A stretch of 64,000 nucleotides of DNA, taken from positions 1,828 to 65,827 of the forward strand of contig JADKIH010000002.1 in the NCBI GenBank assembly GCA_016721305.1, read 5' to 3'. The DNA is from Bacteroidota bacterium. Its GTDB lineage: Bacteria > Bacteroidota > Bacteroidia > AKYH767-A > 2013-40CM-41-45. Below are positions 12,357 to 21,103 of this stretch, one piece after another; positions within the stretch are counted from its first letter, which is position 1; every line of letters begins with the position of its first letter. Made by a program: the position numbers and the translations under genes. The notes beneath the pieces were generated by a model. That model was not told where the DNA came from. It saw nothing but the letters and a program-made list of their open reading frames with translations, and did not search any database.

Positions 12357-13387
12357 TTACTGTTTATTAATTTGATCAAAGAATTGACAATAGTTGTATA
12401 CCGCGGCCTTAAGATGCTTCTGTTTGCTTAAACGCTTTAGGTACTTTTGAAGATTTTGAACTTGCAAATCGACAGATTCAAAATCCTTCATTTCAATACG
12501 ATTCATAATGATTAGTATCCTACGGCAAATATTCCACCCTCTTTGTCCTTCTCTATTTCTTTTTGTTCTTCTAGTTTGTCTAAAGACAACTGAAATCTCC
12601 TTGACAAAAATCACACATGCGAGTAAAAATTAAATTTGCTAATTAGCAAATCTGCACTCAAAAATGACTTTGACTTTGAATCAAGCGTGATATACTTCTC
12701 AGATTCATCATACCTTTGCATATAGAATAGAGAATAGAAAATAGTCTCATCAACCATCTTTAATGTTAAAGGTAATTTCGTAAAATAACTTTTACTTTCC
12801 TCACTTAACTTGATGCTCCTCTCAAACTCCCTTAACAAAATCGCGTTATTTGCAAGATTAATTAAAACAGAACCAATTCTGTTTTCTGTATATTGAAAGA
12901 TTCGTCTCCAGTAAATCTCTTATCTCTTCAAAATAGTAATTTGACTTTTGTAATCCCTAGCTATTTGAGCTTTCTCTGCAAGAAAGGTAAATAAATAATA
13001 TCTAAGAATTGCCGAATTGAAATTTCGAGTCTGCCTTTTTAATTCAGAAATCGCTGAACTTAAATCCTCTTTGTAAGAATTTGAATCACTTGACAAACTA
13101 ATTCTATTCGTAATTTCATTGAAAATATTCTGACTATGATTTATTGCCATCCAACACTTCTCAGTAGTATCTATTTCTGAATTAATCTTCCTGAGCATTT
13201 TTACTGAAGCGGCTCCTGATATGAGTCGCCTTTTTGAATACAAAGAATGCAACAGCACATCATACACCTCAATTTTTTTAGCTTTCTTTATTACAGAGTC
13301 ATGAATACCTATCACCTCTTGCCTCAGGCCTTTTAATTGAAGTATATCTGCCTGAATAAGCATTTTTCTCAATTCGAAAACCTGCAC
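12357..13387 (-). CDS. Hypothetical protein or proteins. Three abutting minus-strand ORFs (155, 75 and 85 aa) may be one indel-fragmented gene
   Basis: ORFs 12920..13387, 12611..12838 and 12357..12614 are head-to-tail with overlapping ends. Translations are AT-rich and of low complexity. No family was recognised. Confidence 0.2.
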
Positions 13388-14279
13388 ATTTCTTTGCGAA
13401 TAAGATCCTTTGGCTAGTGAACTATCTAGAAGTAGAACCTCAAATATTTTTCTTTCAGACGATTACACAGCTTGTTAAAAGCATGATAGTTTAAATCCCC
13501 ATAAATAGTTTTTTGAATATCGGTAGATGAAAATGTTTCAGAATCTGTTAGCAAATTAATTAGCTGAACAGTTTTCCCCTCTTCATTTTGCCGAGGCTCG
13601 AATTCAAATTCACAAACCTTGAAAGATTTTTAAACTCTTCTTATTTAAGCCTATTTAGCAAATTTCTTAAAGAATCTAGATTATTCATTTTATCAATTTG
13701 TAAGAAATGGAAGGAGTTTACAAAACTCTCCCTCCATTCTGCAATAGTTTTGTTTCAACAAACACAACGACATGATAGATTTACTGATTGTAATCCTGAT
13801 GAGTCTCGGTTTATCCTTTGGGCAAACAGAAAGTGGGCAAATTTCCCTCGATTCTGACTCAATGGCTAAACTTCAATCAAGCGAAAAATACCAAGCTGAA
13901 ATTGGTAAAGGCGCCCTCAACGACGGTATCATCATCGTCCCCGATGTTGACCCCGTCGCAGTAAAGTAACAAAATTAAATGTCTAATTCCCAACCCCAAG
14001 GGGGTAAAAAATAAGACCCCTGAGGAAACACACGAAAATTCGCTTTTTGAGGCGAAAATTGACAAATTCTTTAAAATAGGAGGATTATTGAGTACAAACG
14101 AGCAAAGCACTACCAAACGGTAAAAAGCTAAATTTATTGAAAAAATAGACTTTCGGGTTCACCGGCCAGGGTGAGCTCGCATGTCTATTTATTTTCGTTT
14201 TGTCCCTTTTTTGGGGATGATGTCCACTCTACTTTTACATCAGCTTAACCGAAACACAATTTTAGTCTCCTCTCTGGCC

Positions 14280-14723
14280 ATGTCTACCAAGAAAATCCAA
14301 TCCCTCCCGTATCAGCCCGAACTTAAATCGGGGCCTCGCTTCGAACGTGTGGTGGTGATTGACGGTAACACGCTCGATCTTTTCATCAATGAGACCATTT
14401 TACGTGCTGCCGCCATCGCCAAATCAGTTACGGTTGCTTCAAAACCTCAAATGGTTTTACACGAATTACAAAACACCGAACGTCTGAGCGATGTTCCTGA
14501 ACTCATCTTCCTCGATTTGGAAATGGAAGGTATGTCGGGCTTCGAATTCATGGATGAATTCTCGCGTCTCTCCGATTTCATCCGGAACAAATGCAAGCTC
14601 GTCATCATCACGGCTTCGATGAAAAAAGACGACAAGCAAAAAGCACTCAACAATCCAAGCGTAGTGCGCTTCCTCCGAAAACCTCTCGATGTCTACCAGC
14701 TGAAAGACTTTATCTACAGCTAA
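14280..14723 (+). CDS. Stand-alone response-regulator receiver (CheY-like) protein
   Basis: VVVIDGN...LIFLDLEMEGMSG...KP motifs (acidic pocket, phospho-Asp, conserved Lys). ATG at 14280 lies inside track ORF 14181..14723. Confidence 0.7.
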   Translation: MSTKKIQSLPYQPELKSGPRFERVVVIDGNTLDLFINETILRAAAIAKSVTVASKPQMVLHELQNTERLSDVPELIFLDLEMEGMSGFEFMDEFSRLSDFIRNKCKLVIITASMKKDDKQKALNNPSVVRFLRKPLDVYQLKDFIYS

Positions 14724-14774
14724 AAAAATAAACTCTCCCCCTTCTGCGCATTTAACCAAAAAAACCTCAAGACC

Positions 14775-14954
14775 ATGGAAATCATCCACAACCAATCCAA
14801 CGAACGCAAAACAGCATTCTCTACCATTCGTGGTGGCAAACGTGAGGCCGATATTTTACAGAGTGGCGAAAAAGCCCTCATCGACCAGGTTGCTCAAGCT
14901 CTTACAGTGATTGTCGGCGGCGAAATGAAACGTCGTCGTCCCGCTTCTGCCTAA
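14775..14954 (+). CDS. Small basic hypothetical protein (59 aa)
   Basis: ATG 14775, stop 14952-14954, MEIIHNQSNERKTAFSTIRGGKREADILQSGEKALIDQVAQALTVIVGGEMKRRRPASA. It sits 50 nt downstream of the receiver gene and is just under the track size cut-off. Confidence 0.25.
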   Translation: MEIIHNQSNERKTAFSTIRGGKREADILQSGEKALIDQVAQALTVIVGGEMKRRRPASA

Positions 14955-15297
14955 CAATAAACATCAGCAATTCAGTGCGAACTTAAACTTAACACGTTAC
15001 ACACAAATTAAGTTCTCACCTCTAATCTCCCTTGTTATGCTCAGTAAAGTATCTCGTTTCAAATATTCATTCATCGACTTCGCCTTAATATTCCTGGTAG
15101 TTCTGGTACTGTTAAAGGTGATCGTCTGATAAAAATAGTGTGGTTTCAGGTTTATGTTACCAGGAGTCGGGTAAGGTGTGGGTCCTTCCCGGCTCCCTTT
15201 TCTTTTTAAGTCAAGGCAAAGCGGATGCGAATTCTGAATTCAAAATTTAGAATTTAAAAATCAGAACGCACCTGAGTTCTACAAAATAACCCCTACC

Positions 15298-15520
15298 CTT
15301 TTGCAACCCGCAACCCGCAACTGCGCAACTCGCACCCACCTGGCAACTCGCAACTCGCAACCCGCAACCCAACCCCCCCACCCGCAACTTCTGTGAGGAA
15401 GTGAGTGGAAGTGGCTGAGGAGTGGAAGTTTGAAGTCCTTCGCCCGCAACCCCAACTCGCAACCCACAACCCGCACCCGTAACTCGTAACTCGCAACTCG
15501 CAACCCGCAACCCGCAACCC
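15298..15520. repeat. GC-rich heptamer tandem repeats (GCAACCC/GCAACTC) in two blocks around a GGAAGTG-repeat core
   Basis: 15298-15392 and 15444-15520 carry cgcaacccgcaactcgcaac repeats. Inverted copies are at 19473-19630 and 28320-28378. Track ORFs here (15247..15768-, 15279..15533-, 15293..15517-) are repeat artefacts. Confidence 0.7.
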
Positions 15521-15531
15521 GTCGGCTGAGC

Positions 15532-16353
15532 ATGTCGAAGCCCGATTTTTTCCCTACCTTCGCCCCCGAAATGATTTCGAAAGTAAAACCGGCAGTAAAA
15601 GAGGCAGGCGAATGGTTTGAAACCTGGTTCGACTCGCCTTATTACCATATTCTTTACAAAGAACGTGATCAGGATGAAGCGGAAGCTTTCCTCGATGCGC
15701 TCATCGCTTATCTTAAACCGGCCGATCATAGTCGTATTCTCGATGTGGCTTGCGGAAAAGGTCGCCACTCGATTTACCTGAACGAAAAAGGATTCGACGT
15801 TACGGGATTCGATCTCTCCGAAGAGAGCATTTTACACAATAAGGATTTCGAAAACGATACTCTGCATTTCTATCTGCATGATATGCGCGAAGTGTTTCGC
15901 GCTAATTACTTCGATATCGTAATGAATCTCTTCTCGAGCTTCGGTTACTTCCGAACGGAACGCGATAATATCCGCTGTCTGATCGCCCACTCTTCAGCTC
16001 TTAAAAAAGAAGGCATATTTGTATTCGATTATTTCAACTCGGAGAAAATTCTTGCCGGCGGTAACAGCAATTTCACCAAGACGGTCGACGGTATCGATTT
16101 TCATATCACGAAGACGATCGTCGGAAAAGAAATTATCAAGGAAATCGAATTCACTGACAACGGCCAAGCCTATCACTTCGAAGAACGAGTAAAACTATAT
16201 AGCCGCGCCGATCTGGAAAAATACTTCCTCAGCGCCGGCTTGAATATCACAAATGCATTCGGAAATTATGCACTAGAAGAATTCGACAGCAAAAATTCCG
16301 ACCGACTTATTTTAGTTGCACGTAAAAAACCCGTCGTACATGCCGCTAATTAG
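15532..16353 (+). CDS. Class I SAM-dependent methyltransferase
   Basis: Motif I ILDVACGKGRHSIYLNEKGFDVTGFDLSEESI. Intact ORF. Confidence 0.8.
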   Translation: MSKPDFFPTFAPEMISKVKPAVKEAGEWFETWFDSPYYHILYKERDQDEAEAFLDALIAYLKPADHSRILDVACGKGRHSIYLNEKGFDVTGFDLSEESILHNKDFENDTLHFYLHDMREVFRANYFDIVMNLFSSFGYFRTERDNIRCLIAHSSALKKEGIFVFDYFNSEKILAGGNSNFTKTVDGIDFHITKTIVGKEIIKEIEFTDNGQAYHFEERVKLYSRADLEKYFLSAGLNITNAFGNYALEEFDSKNSDRLILVARKKPVVHAAN

Positions 16354-17056
16354 TTACTTCCTCCTCTTTATTACGATCGTTATCAGTGGCGCTTCGGTGT
16401 TTGCCTTCAAGCAAATTAATCAGAAGCAGCTGAAATTACTTTTGTCGTTCAGCGGGTCGTATCTATTTGCATTGACGGTTCTGCATCTGATCCCTGAAGT
16501 ATACAAAGGATCGGATCACACGATCGGCATCTTTATCTTCGCCGGATTTTTCCTACAGATCATTCTCGAATTTTTCTCCGAAGGAATTGAGCACGGACAC
16601 ATACACATTCACAAACATCAGAATGCAGCTTTTCCGTACGGAGTAATGATCGGCCTTTGCCTTCACTCTTTCATGGAAGGAATGCCGCTCGTGCAAAACT
16701 TCGATGAGAGCTCAACACAAAATTCTTTGCTCGCCGGAATTATCTTTCATCACATTCCTGTCGCCATTGCCTTAATGAGCATGCTGCTTCAATCAGGAGT
16801 CACTAAAAAATCAGCCATCTTCTTTCTCGTCCTATTTGCACTCATGGCTCCTACCGGTGCTCTCACCAGTACCTTGCTCGGCAGCGGCGACTGGCAAAAT
16901 CTACCTCTCTTCTACAACAGAATGATGGCCATGGTCATCGGTATCTTCCTTCACATCTCTACCACTATACTCTTCGAATCATACGGCGAACACCGATTTA
17001 ATTTTTTGAAGCTGATGATTATTTTGCTTGGAGGGGGATTGGCGTTTTTGAGTTAA
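16340..17056 (+). CDS. ZIP-family metal (Zn/Fe) transporter
   Basis: His-rich loop HGHIHIHKH and the conserved HSFMEGMPL segment, with multiple TM helices. ATG at 16340 overlaps the methyltransferase stop. Confidence 0.8.
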   Translation: MPLISYFLLFITIVISGASVFAFKQINQKQLKLLLSFSGSYLFALTVLHLIPEVYKGSDHTIGIFIFAGFFLQIILEFFSEGIEHGHIHIHKHQNAAFPYGVMIGLCLHSFMEGMPLVQNFDESSTQNSLLAGIIFHHIPVAIALMSMLLQSGVTKKSAIFFLVLFALMAPTGALTSTLLGSGDWQNLPLFYNRMMAMVIGIFLHISTTILFESYGEHRFNFLKLMIILLGGGLAFLS

Positions 17057-17061
17057 CTTTT

Positions 17062-17104
17062 AGTAAGTAGTAAGTTGACTTACTGCTTACTACTTACTAC
17101 TAAA
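17062..17104. repeat. GTAAGTW-family hairpin acting as a bidirectional terminator between convergent genes
   Basis: tagtaagtagtaagttgacttactgcttactacttactacta forms a 14-bp imperfect stem with a ttgac loop. It lies between ZIP (+) and the peroxiredoxin (-). Confidence 0.5.
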
Positions 17105-17151
17105 ACAAGCTGCAAGCGCCTCCTTCAACAACGCCATATTCGGAAAATCGC

Positions 17152-17565
17152 CTAGATTCGGAAGAACTTCGGCGTAGCGAAGAATTTCCTTTTGTCGATG
17201 ATGAAAGTGGCGCGCTTGGCAACATCCTTATAGCCGAAGGCGAAATCGTGATGGATAATATCGAAAGCTTTAATGGCTTCTTTATTGAAATCAGACAATA
17301 ACGGATAGGTGATCTTATTGTCTTCTCCAAAACGCTTCAAAGCGAAGAGAGTATCAACCGATACTCCTACCACTTCTGCATTCAAATTGGCGTAGGATGT
17401 ATAATCTTCCTGAACGGCACAAACTTCCTTTGTACAAACGCCTGTCCAAGCCATTGGAAAAAAGAACATTACAAGGTTTTTGCCTTTGAAATGCTCTAAT
17501 GTAATTTCTTTCTTTTCTGTGTCCACCAGCTTAAAATCCGGTGCTTTTTGTCCGATTTTTAACAT
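17152..17565 (-). CDS. Atypical 2-Cys peroxiredoxin (Tpx/AhpC-TSA family)
   Basis: FPMAWTGVCTKEVCAVQE carries the peroxidatic Cys in a T-x-x-C context. Thioredoxin fold. Confidence 0.7.
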   Translation of the reverse strand: MLKIGQKAPDFKLVDTEKKEITLEHFKGKNLVMFFFPMAWTGVCTKEVCAVQEDYTSYANLNAEVVGVSVDTLFALKRFGEDNKITYPLLSDFNKEAIKAFDIIHHDFAFGYKDVAKRATFIIDKRKFFATPKFFRI

Positions 17566-17776
17566 ATTTTATTGCTTTTTAATCATTTTTCACAAAAGTA
17601 TACCATTCCAAAATGAAAATACAAATAGAGAATGGTATATCCCGCAGGGATCTTGGTTCATTTATATCGTAAACTGATGTAAGATTGGTATAAATCATTC
17701 TTTCTTAGAATCAGCTATGCTTCTATTCCGTAATTTTGCATTTCATTAATTATCAATCTAAAAAACAATTATACAA

Positions 17777-18404
17777 ATGGCATTAGTAGGTAAAAAAGCT
17801 CCTTCATTCAAGGCTAAAGCAGTGGTATTGGGCGATCAATTCGTGAACGATTTTTCGCTCGATCAATACATCGGAAAAAACATGTGGTGTTTTTCTTTTA
17901 TCCGAAAGATTTCACTTTTGTGTGTCCGACTGAATTACATGCATTCCAGGAAAAACTGGGTGAATTCGAAAAAGAAATGTAGCTGTCGTAGCATGTTCTA
18001 CTGACACCGAACAATCACACTGGGGATGGCTCCAGATGCCGAAAAAACATGGTGGTATTCAGGGCATCACTTATCCGGTTGTTGCTGATACAACGAAAAC
18101 AATTTCTATCAACTACGGCGTATTGTCAGGCGACTATCAATACAACGAAGAAGGTGAACTTGTTGCTACAGGACCAATGATTGCTTTCCGCGGATTGTTC
18201 CTCATCGACAAAGACGGAAAAGTTCGTCACGAACTCATCAACGATTTCCCATTAGGTCGTAACGTCGACGAAGCTCTCCGTATGGTAGACGCTTTACAAT
18301 TCTTCGAAGAAAACGGCGAAGTATGTCCTGCCAACTGGACAAAAGGTGGCGAGGGTATGAAAGAATCGCATACGGCGGTGGCTGATTATATGGCGAAGAA
18401 ATAA
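17777..18404 (+). CDS. ahpC: Alkyl hydroperoxide reductase C (typical 2-Cys peroxiredoxin), split into three frames by two missing As in A-homopolymers
   Basis: N-terminus [23 protein letters not shown]...YIGK. Reading A7 at 17875-17880 gives [31 protein letters not shown]. Reading A6 at 17969-17973 gives [28 protein letters not shown]..., which continues into track ORF 18036..18404. Confidence 0.85.
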
Positions 18405-18693
18405 ATTAGCTAATTAGCTGATTAGATAATTAGCTAATGTCGGTAGGATTCAGCTTACTTGTTGTACAAGTTGTTGACGTTTAGTTTGACACAGAATCAA
18501 CTACCTTATTGGGCAAACAGTTGACTTGTTGGACTACGTAACATTAGCTGAATAACCAATGTCGGTAGGATTCAGCTTACTTGTTGTACAAGTTGTTGAC
18601 GTGTAGTTTGGCACAGAATCAACTCCCTTATTGGGCAAACAGTTGACTTGTTGATCGACGCAAAATTAGCTAATTAGCTCATCAGCTAATTAG
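18405..18693. repeat. Intergenic repeat block: two direct repeats of about 96 bp (period 122 bp) flanked by TAATTAGC heptamer/palindrome tracts
   Basis: Unit 1 at 18437-18531 and unit 2 at 18559-18652 are about 95% identical (atgtcggtaggattcagcttacttgttgtacaagttgttgacgt...). The flanks are aattagctaattagc repeats. It lies between convergent ahpC and mazG. Confidence 0.7.
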
Positions 18694-19467
18694 CTAATTT
18701 TTTTTCGCCTCATTCCAATAAACATCCATCTCCGCCAACGTCATATCCGATAAATTTTTTCCAAGTTTGCGGGCGGCTTCTTCGAGGTATTGAAAACGGT
18801 AAATAAATTTTTTATTGGTGCGCTCTAATGCTTCTTCGGCATTGATGTTTTTGAACCTTGCATAATTGATTAAACTAAAAAGCACATCTCCGAATTCAGA
18901 CTCCATATGCTTTTGATCATTGTTGTCGGATGCTTCTTTAAATTCCGCAATCTCTTCCTGCACTTTCTCCCAAACCTGATGCGGTTCTTCCCAGTCGAAA
19001 CCGACACCTCTCGCCTTCTCCTGAATGCGCATGGCTTTAATCATTGCCGGCAACGACTTAGGAACTCCGCCTAACACAGACTTATTTCCTTCTTTCAGTT
19101 TCAACTGCTCCCAATTGCGTTTTACATCTTCTTCGTTCTGCACTTTTACGTCGCCGTAAATATGGGGATGACGATAAATCAGTTTCTCACACTGTGCATT
19201 TATTACATCAGCAATATCAAATGCCTTCTTCTCCGATGCAATCTTTGCATAGAAAACTAAATGCAACATAATGTCGCCGAGTTCTTTTTTGATTTCCGGC
19301 AGATCGTTTTCAATAATACTGTCGGTTAACTCAAATGTCTCTTCGATTGTCAAATGACGTAGACTTTCCATCGTCTGCTTCATATCCCAAGGACATTGCG
19401 CACGCAATTCGTCCATAATCGTTGCGAGTCGTTCGAAGGCTTGGGCTCTGGGGGAAATTTGTGTCAT
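18694..19467 (-). CDS. mazG: Nucleoside triphosphate pyrophosphohydrolase MazG
   Basis: MTQISPRAQAFERLATIMDELRAQCPWDMKQTMESLRHLTIEETFEL and the tandem EE..E motifs. The track ORF start at 19533 runs into upstream repeats, so ATG 19467 is the likely start. Confidence 0.85.
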   Translation of the reverse strand: MTQISPRAQAFERLATIMDELRAQCPWDMKQTMESLRHLTIEETFELTDSIIENDLPEIKKELGDIMLHLVFYAKIASEKKAFDIADVINAQCEKLIYRHPHIYGDVKVQNEEDVKRNWEQLKLKEGNKSVLGGVPKSLPAMIKAMRIQEKARGVGFDWEEPHQVWEKVQEEIAEFKEASDNNDQKHMESEFGDVLFSLINYARFKNINAEEALERTNKKFIYRFQYLEEAARKLGKNLSDMTLAEMDVYWNEAKKN

Positions 19468-19472
19468 GGTGG

Positions 19473-19630
19473 TGGGTTGCGAGTTGCGGGTTACGAGTTG
19501 CGGGTTGCGGGTTGCGAATCTGTTCACTCCCACTGTTACTCAAACTCGCACTACGGGTTGCGGGTTACGGGTTACGAGTTGCGGGTTTACGGGTTACGAG
19601 TTGCGGGTTACGAGTTGCGGGTTGCGGCCG
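19473..19630. repeat. GC-rich heptamer tandem repeats (GGGTTGC/GAGTTGC), inverted copy of the 15298-15520 family
   Basis: gttgcgggttacgagttgcgggttgcgggttgcg... sits in the divergent mazG/SRPBCC promoter region. Track ORFs 19396..19692, 19422..19664 and 19466..19681 are repeat artefacts. Confidence 0.7.
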
Positions 19631-19726
19631 GCTACACCAAGCAACAAAGCAAAAATGCAAATAATTCCCCTCTCTCCCTGAACTTTCATTGACCTGATAT
19701 TGTTATTTATTCAACTAACTTGCATC

Positions 19727-20195
19727 ATGAGTGTTCAAAACTTAGTCTTTCGTCAGAAGCTTGAAACAGACCTCGATACGGCCTGGGCTTTTTAGCGATC
19801 CGAAAAACCTGGCGAGGATTTGTCCTCCGGAAATGAATTTTCAAATCAAATCAGGACTTAATAATTTAGGCACTTATGCCGGACAAATTATTCGCTATTC
19901 TGTTTCTCCCGTGATGGGAATTCCGATGGAATGGATTACTGAAATCACTCATGTAGTCGATAAAAAACTCTTTGTCGATGAGCAACGCAAAGGCCCATAC
20001 AAAATGTGGCATCACCAACATCACTTCGAAAAAGTCGATGGCGGTGTACTCATGACGGACATCCTCCATTACGAAGTCCCTGCAGGATTCCTTGGAAATT
20101 TGCTGAATCAGATTTTTATCCGAAAAAAAGTTCTTGAAATTTTCAAATACAGAGAACAAGTAATTCCGGAGTTACTGAAACAAAATAATAAATAA
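19727..20195 (+). CDS. SRPBCC (START/Bet v1-like, polyketide-cyclase fold) protein with a +1 frame break in T5 at 19789-19793
   Basis: N-terminus MSVQNLVFRQKLETDLDTAWAF (ATG 19727) is in one frame. ...SDPKNLARICPPEMNFQIKSG... continues in track ORF 19761..20195. Reading T4 joins them. Confidence 0.6.
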
Positions 20196-20196
20196 C

Positions 20197-20292
20197 CACT
20201 AAGACACTAAGACACTAAGACACTAAGACACTAAGGCAAAACAGCAAGGCTACTTACTACTTACTACTTACTACTTACTACTCACTACTTAC
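20197..20292. repeat. Two adjacent tandem arrays: (CACTAAGA)x4 and (CTACTTA)x6
   Basis: cactaagacactaagacactaagacactaagg, then after a 14-bp gap ctacttactacttactacttactacttactactcactacttac. Confidence 0.7.
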
Positions 20293-20311
20293 AATTTCCA
20301 CCCGACAAGCC

Positions 20312-20337
20312 AAAAAAAAACCGGGCATCCGCCCGGC
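20312..20337 (-). terminator. Rho-independent terminator of apaG
   Basis: The minus strand reads ggccgggcggatgcccgg followed by T9. Confidence 0.6.
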
Positions 20338-20386
20338 CTTTCCCGTAAGAATAATTCTTTCCACTTCGGTTTATTGAATAGGTATC

Positions 20387-20773
20387 TTAGTTCATTTTGT
20401 ATGGCACCACAAGTTGAAACTCAGGGATGCGAACGTAGAATTGTTTTTTGTCGATCAGTCGTTCCATCATATATGTTCCGTACATCTTACCAACTTCAGA
20501 TTCAAGATTACATCCTGAAATATACTGATAGCTTTCACCTGTACCGATGATTGGCTGTTCACCAACAACGCCTTCTCCTTCAACTTCTCGATTAGTAGAA
20601 TTTGAATCGATGATAAACCAGTGGCGACGCATCAGCTGAACTGAGTATTCGCTATTGTTAGTGATCGTAATTCTATATGCGAAGATGTGATGTCCGAGAG
20701 TTGCATTACTTTGATCAGGGCGATAAAAAATCTCTACGCTGACCTTAACTCCTGATGTTACTTGTGTAATCAT
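20387..20773 (-). CDS. apaG: ApaG (DUF525) protein
   Basis: YRITITNNSEYSVQLMRRHWFIIDSNSTNREVEGEGVVGEQPIIGTGESYQYISGCNLESEVGKMYGTY matches the ApaG core. Start is the internal ATG at 20773. Confidence 0.8.
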   Translation of the reverse strand: MITQVTSGVKVSVEIFYRPDQSNATLGHHIFAYRITITNNSEYSVQLMRRHWFIIDSNSTNREVEGEGVVGEQPIIGTGESYQYISGCNLESEVGKMYGTYMMERLIDKKQFYVRIPEFQLVVPYKMN

Positions 20774-20918
20774 AACTGCCTTTGTTGATGAATCAAATAT
20801 ATCCAAACAACCGAAAAAAGCGAAAATAATTTGATAAACACCCAAAAAAGGGTTGCCAAGGCCTTAATTTGATGGTAAATGGCACATGGGATTAGGTGAA
20901 ATTTTGTAAGAAAAAGGC

Positions 20919-20943
20919 AAAAAAAAACCGCTTATGAGGCGGA
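20919..20943 (-). terminator. Rho-independent terminator downstream of the ABC-F gene and the small membrane ORF
   Basis: The minus strand reads ccgcctcataagcgg followed by T9. Confidence 0.5.
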
Positions 20944-21084
20944 TAGCTGAATAAAGAAGAAGATAACGACGGATAAAAACAGGGTAATTTCGAAGAAAGC
21001 CAATAGCCAGGTGAAATAAATCGCCTTTTTGCTTTCCCGATGTTGACTCAAATATGTTTTTACCAGACGTTGCGCAGTCACCAT
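20932..21084 (-). CDS. Small hydrophobic membrane protein (50 aa)
   Basis: MVTAQRLVKTYLSQHRESKKAIYFTWLLAFFEITLFLSVVIFFFIQLSAS has a coherent TM segment and its stop lies inside the terminator stem. It is a better candidate than overlapping track ORF 20864..21094. Confidence 0.3.
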   Translation of the reverse strand: MVTAQRLVKTYLSQHRESKKAIYFTWLLAFFEITLFLSVVIFFFIQLSAS

Positions 21085-21103
21085 GAAGGGGCAATATAGA
21101 AAT

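Noticed and set aside
10250-13600. Integrated mobile element or prophage as the explanation for the AT-rich block
   Set aside because: No integrase, transposase, terminal repeats, att-like duplications or adjacent tRNA could be found. The block is kept only as a compositional-island finding.
15247-15768. Track ORFs 15247..15768(-), 15279..15533(-), 15293..15517(-), 19396..19692(+), 19422..19664(+) and 19466..19681(+), which encode Gly/Cys/Leu/Arg/Val-rich peptides
   Set aside because: They are translations of the GCAACYC heptamer repeat arrays on both strands, with periodic low-complexity sequence. They overlap a real gene (the methyltransferase or the mazG start) and have no plausible protein features.
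20864-21094. 76-aa ORF MPLHGDCATSGKNIFEST...
   Set aside because: It overlaps, in another frame, a more coherent 50-aa hydrophobic ORF whose stop sits in the terminator stem. The 76-aa translation has no membrane or domain character.
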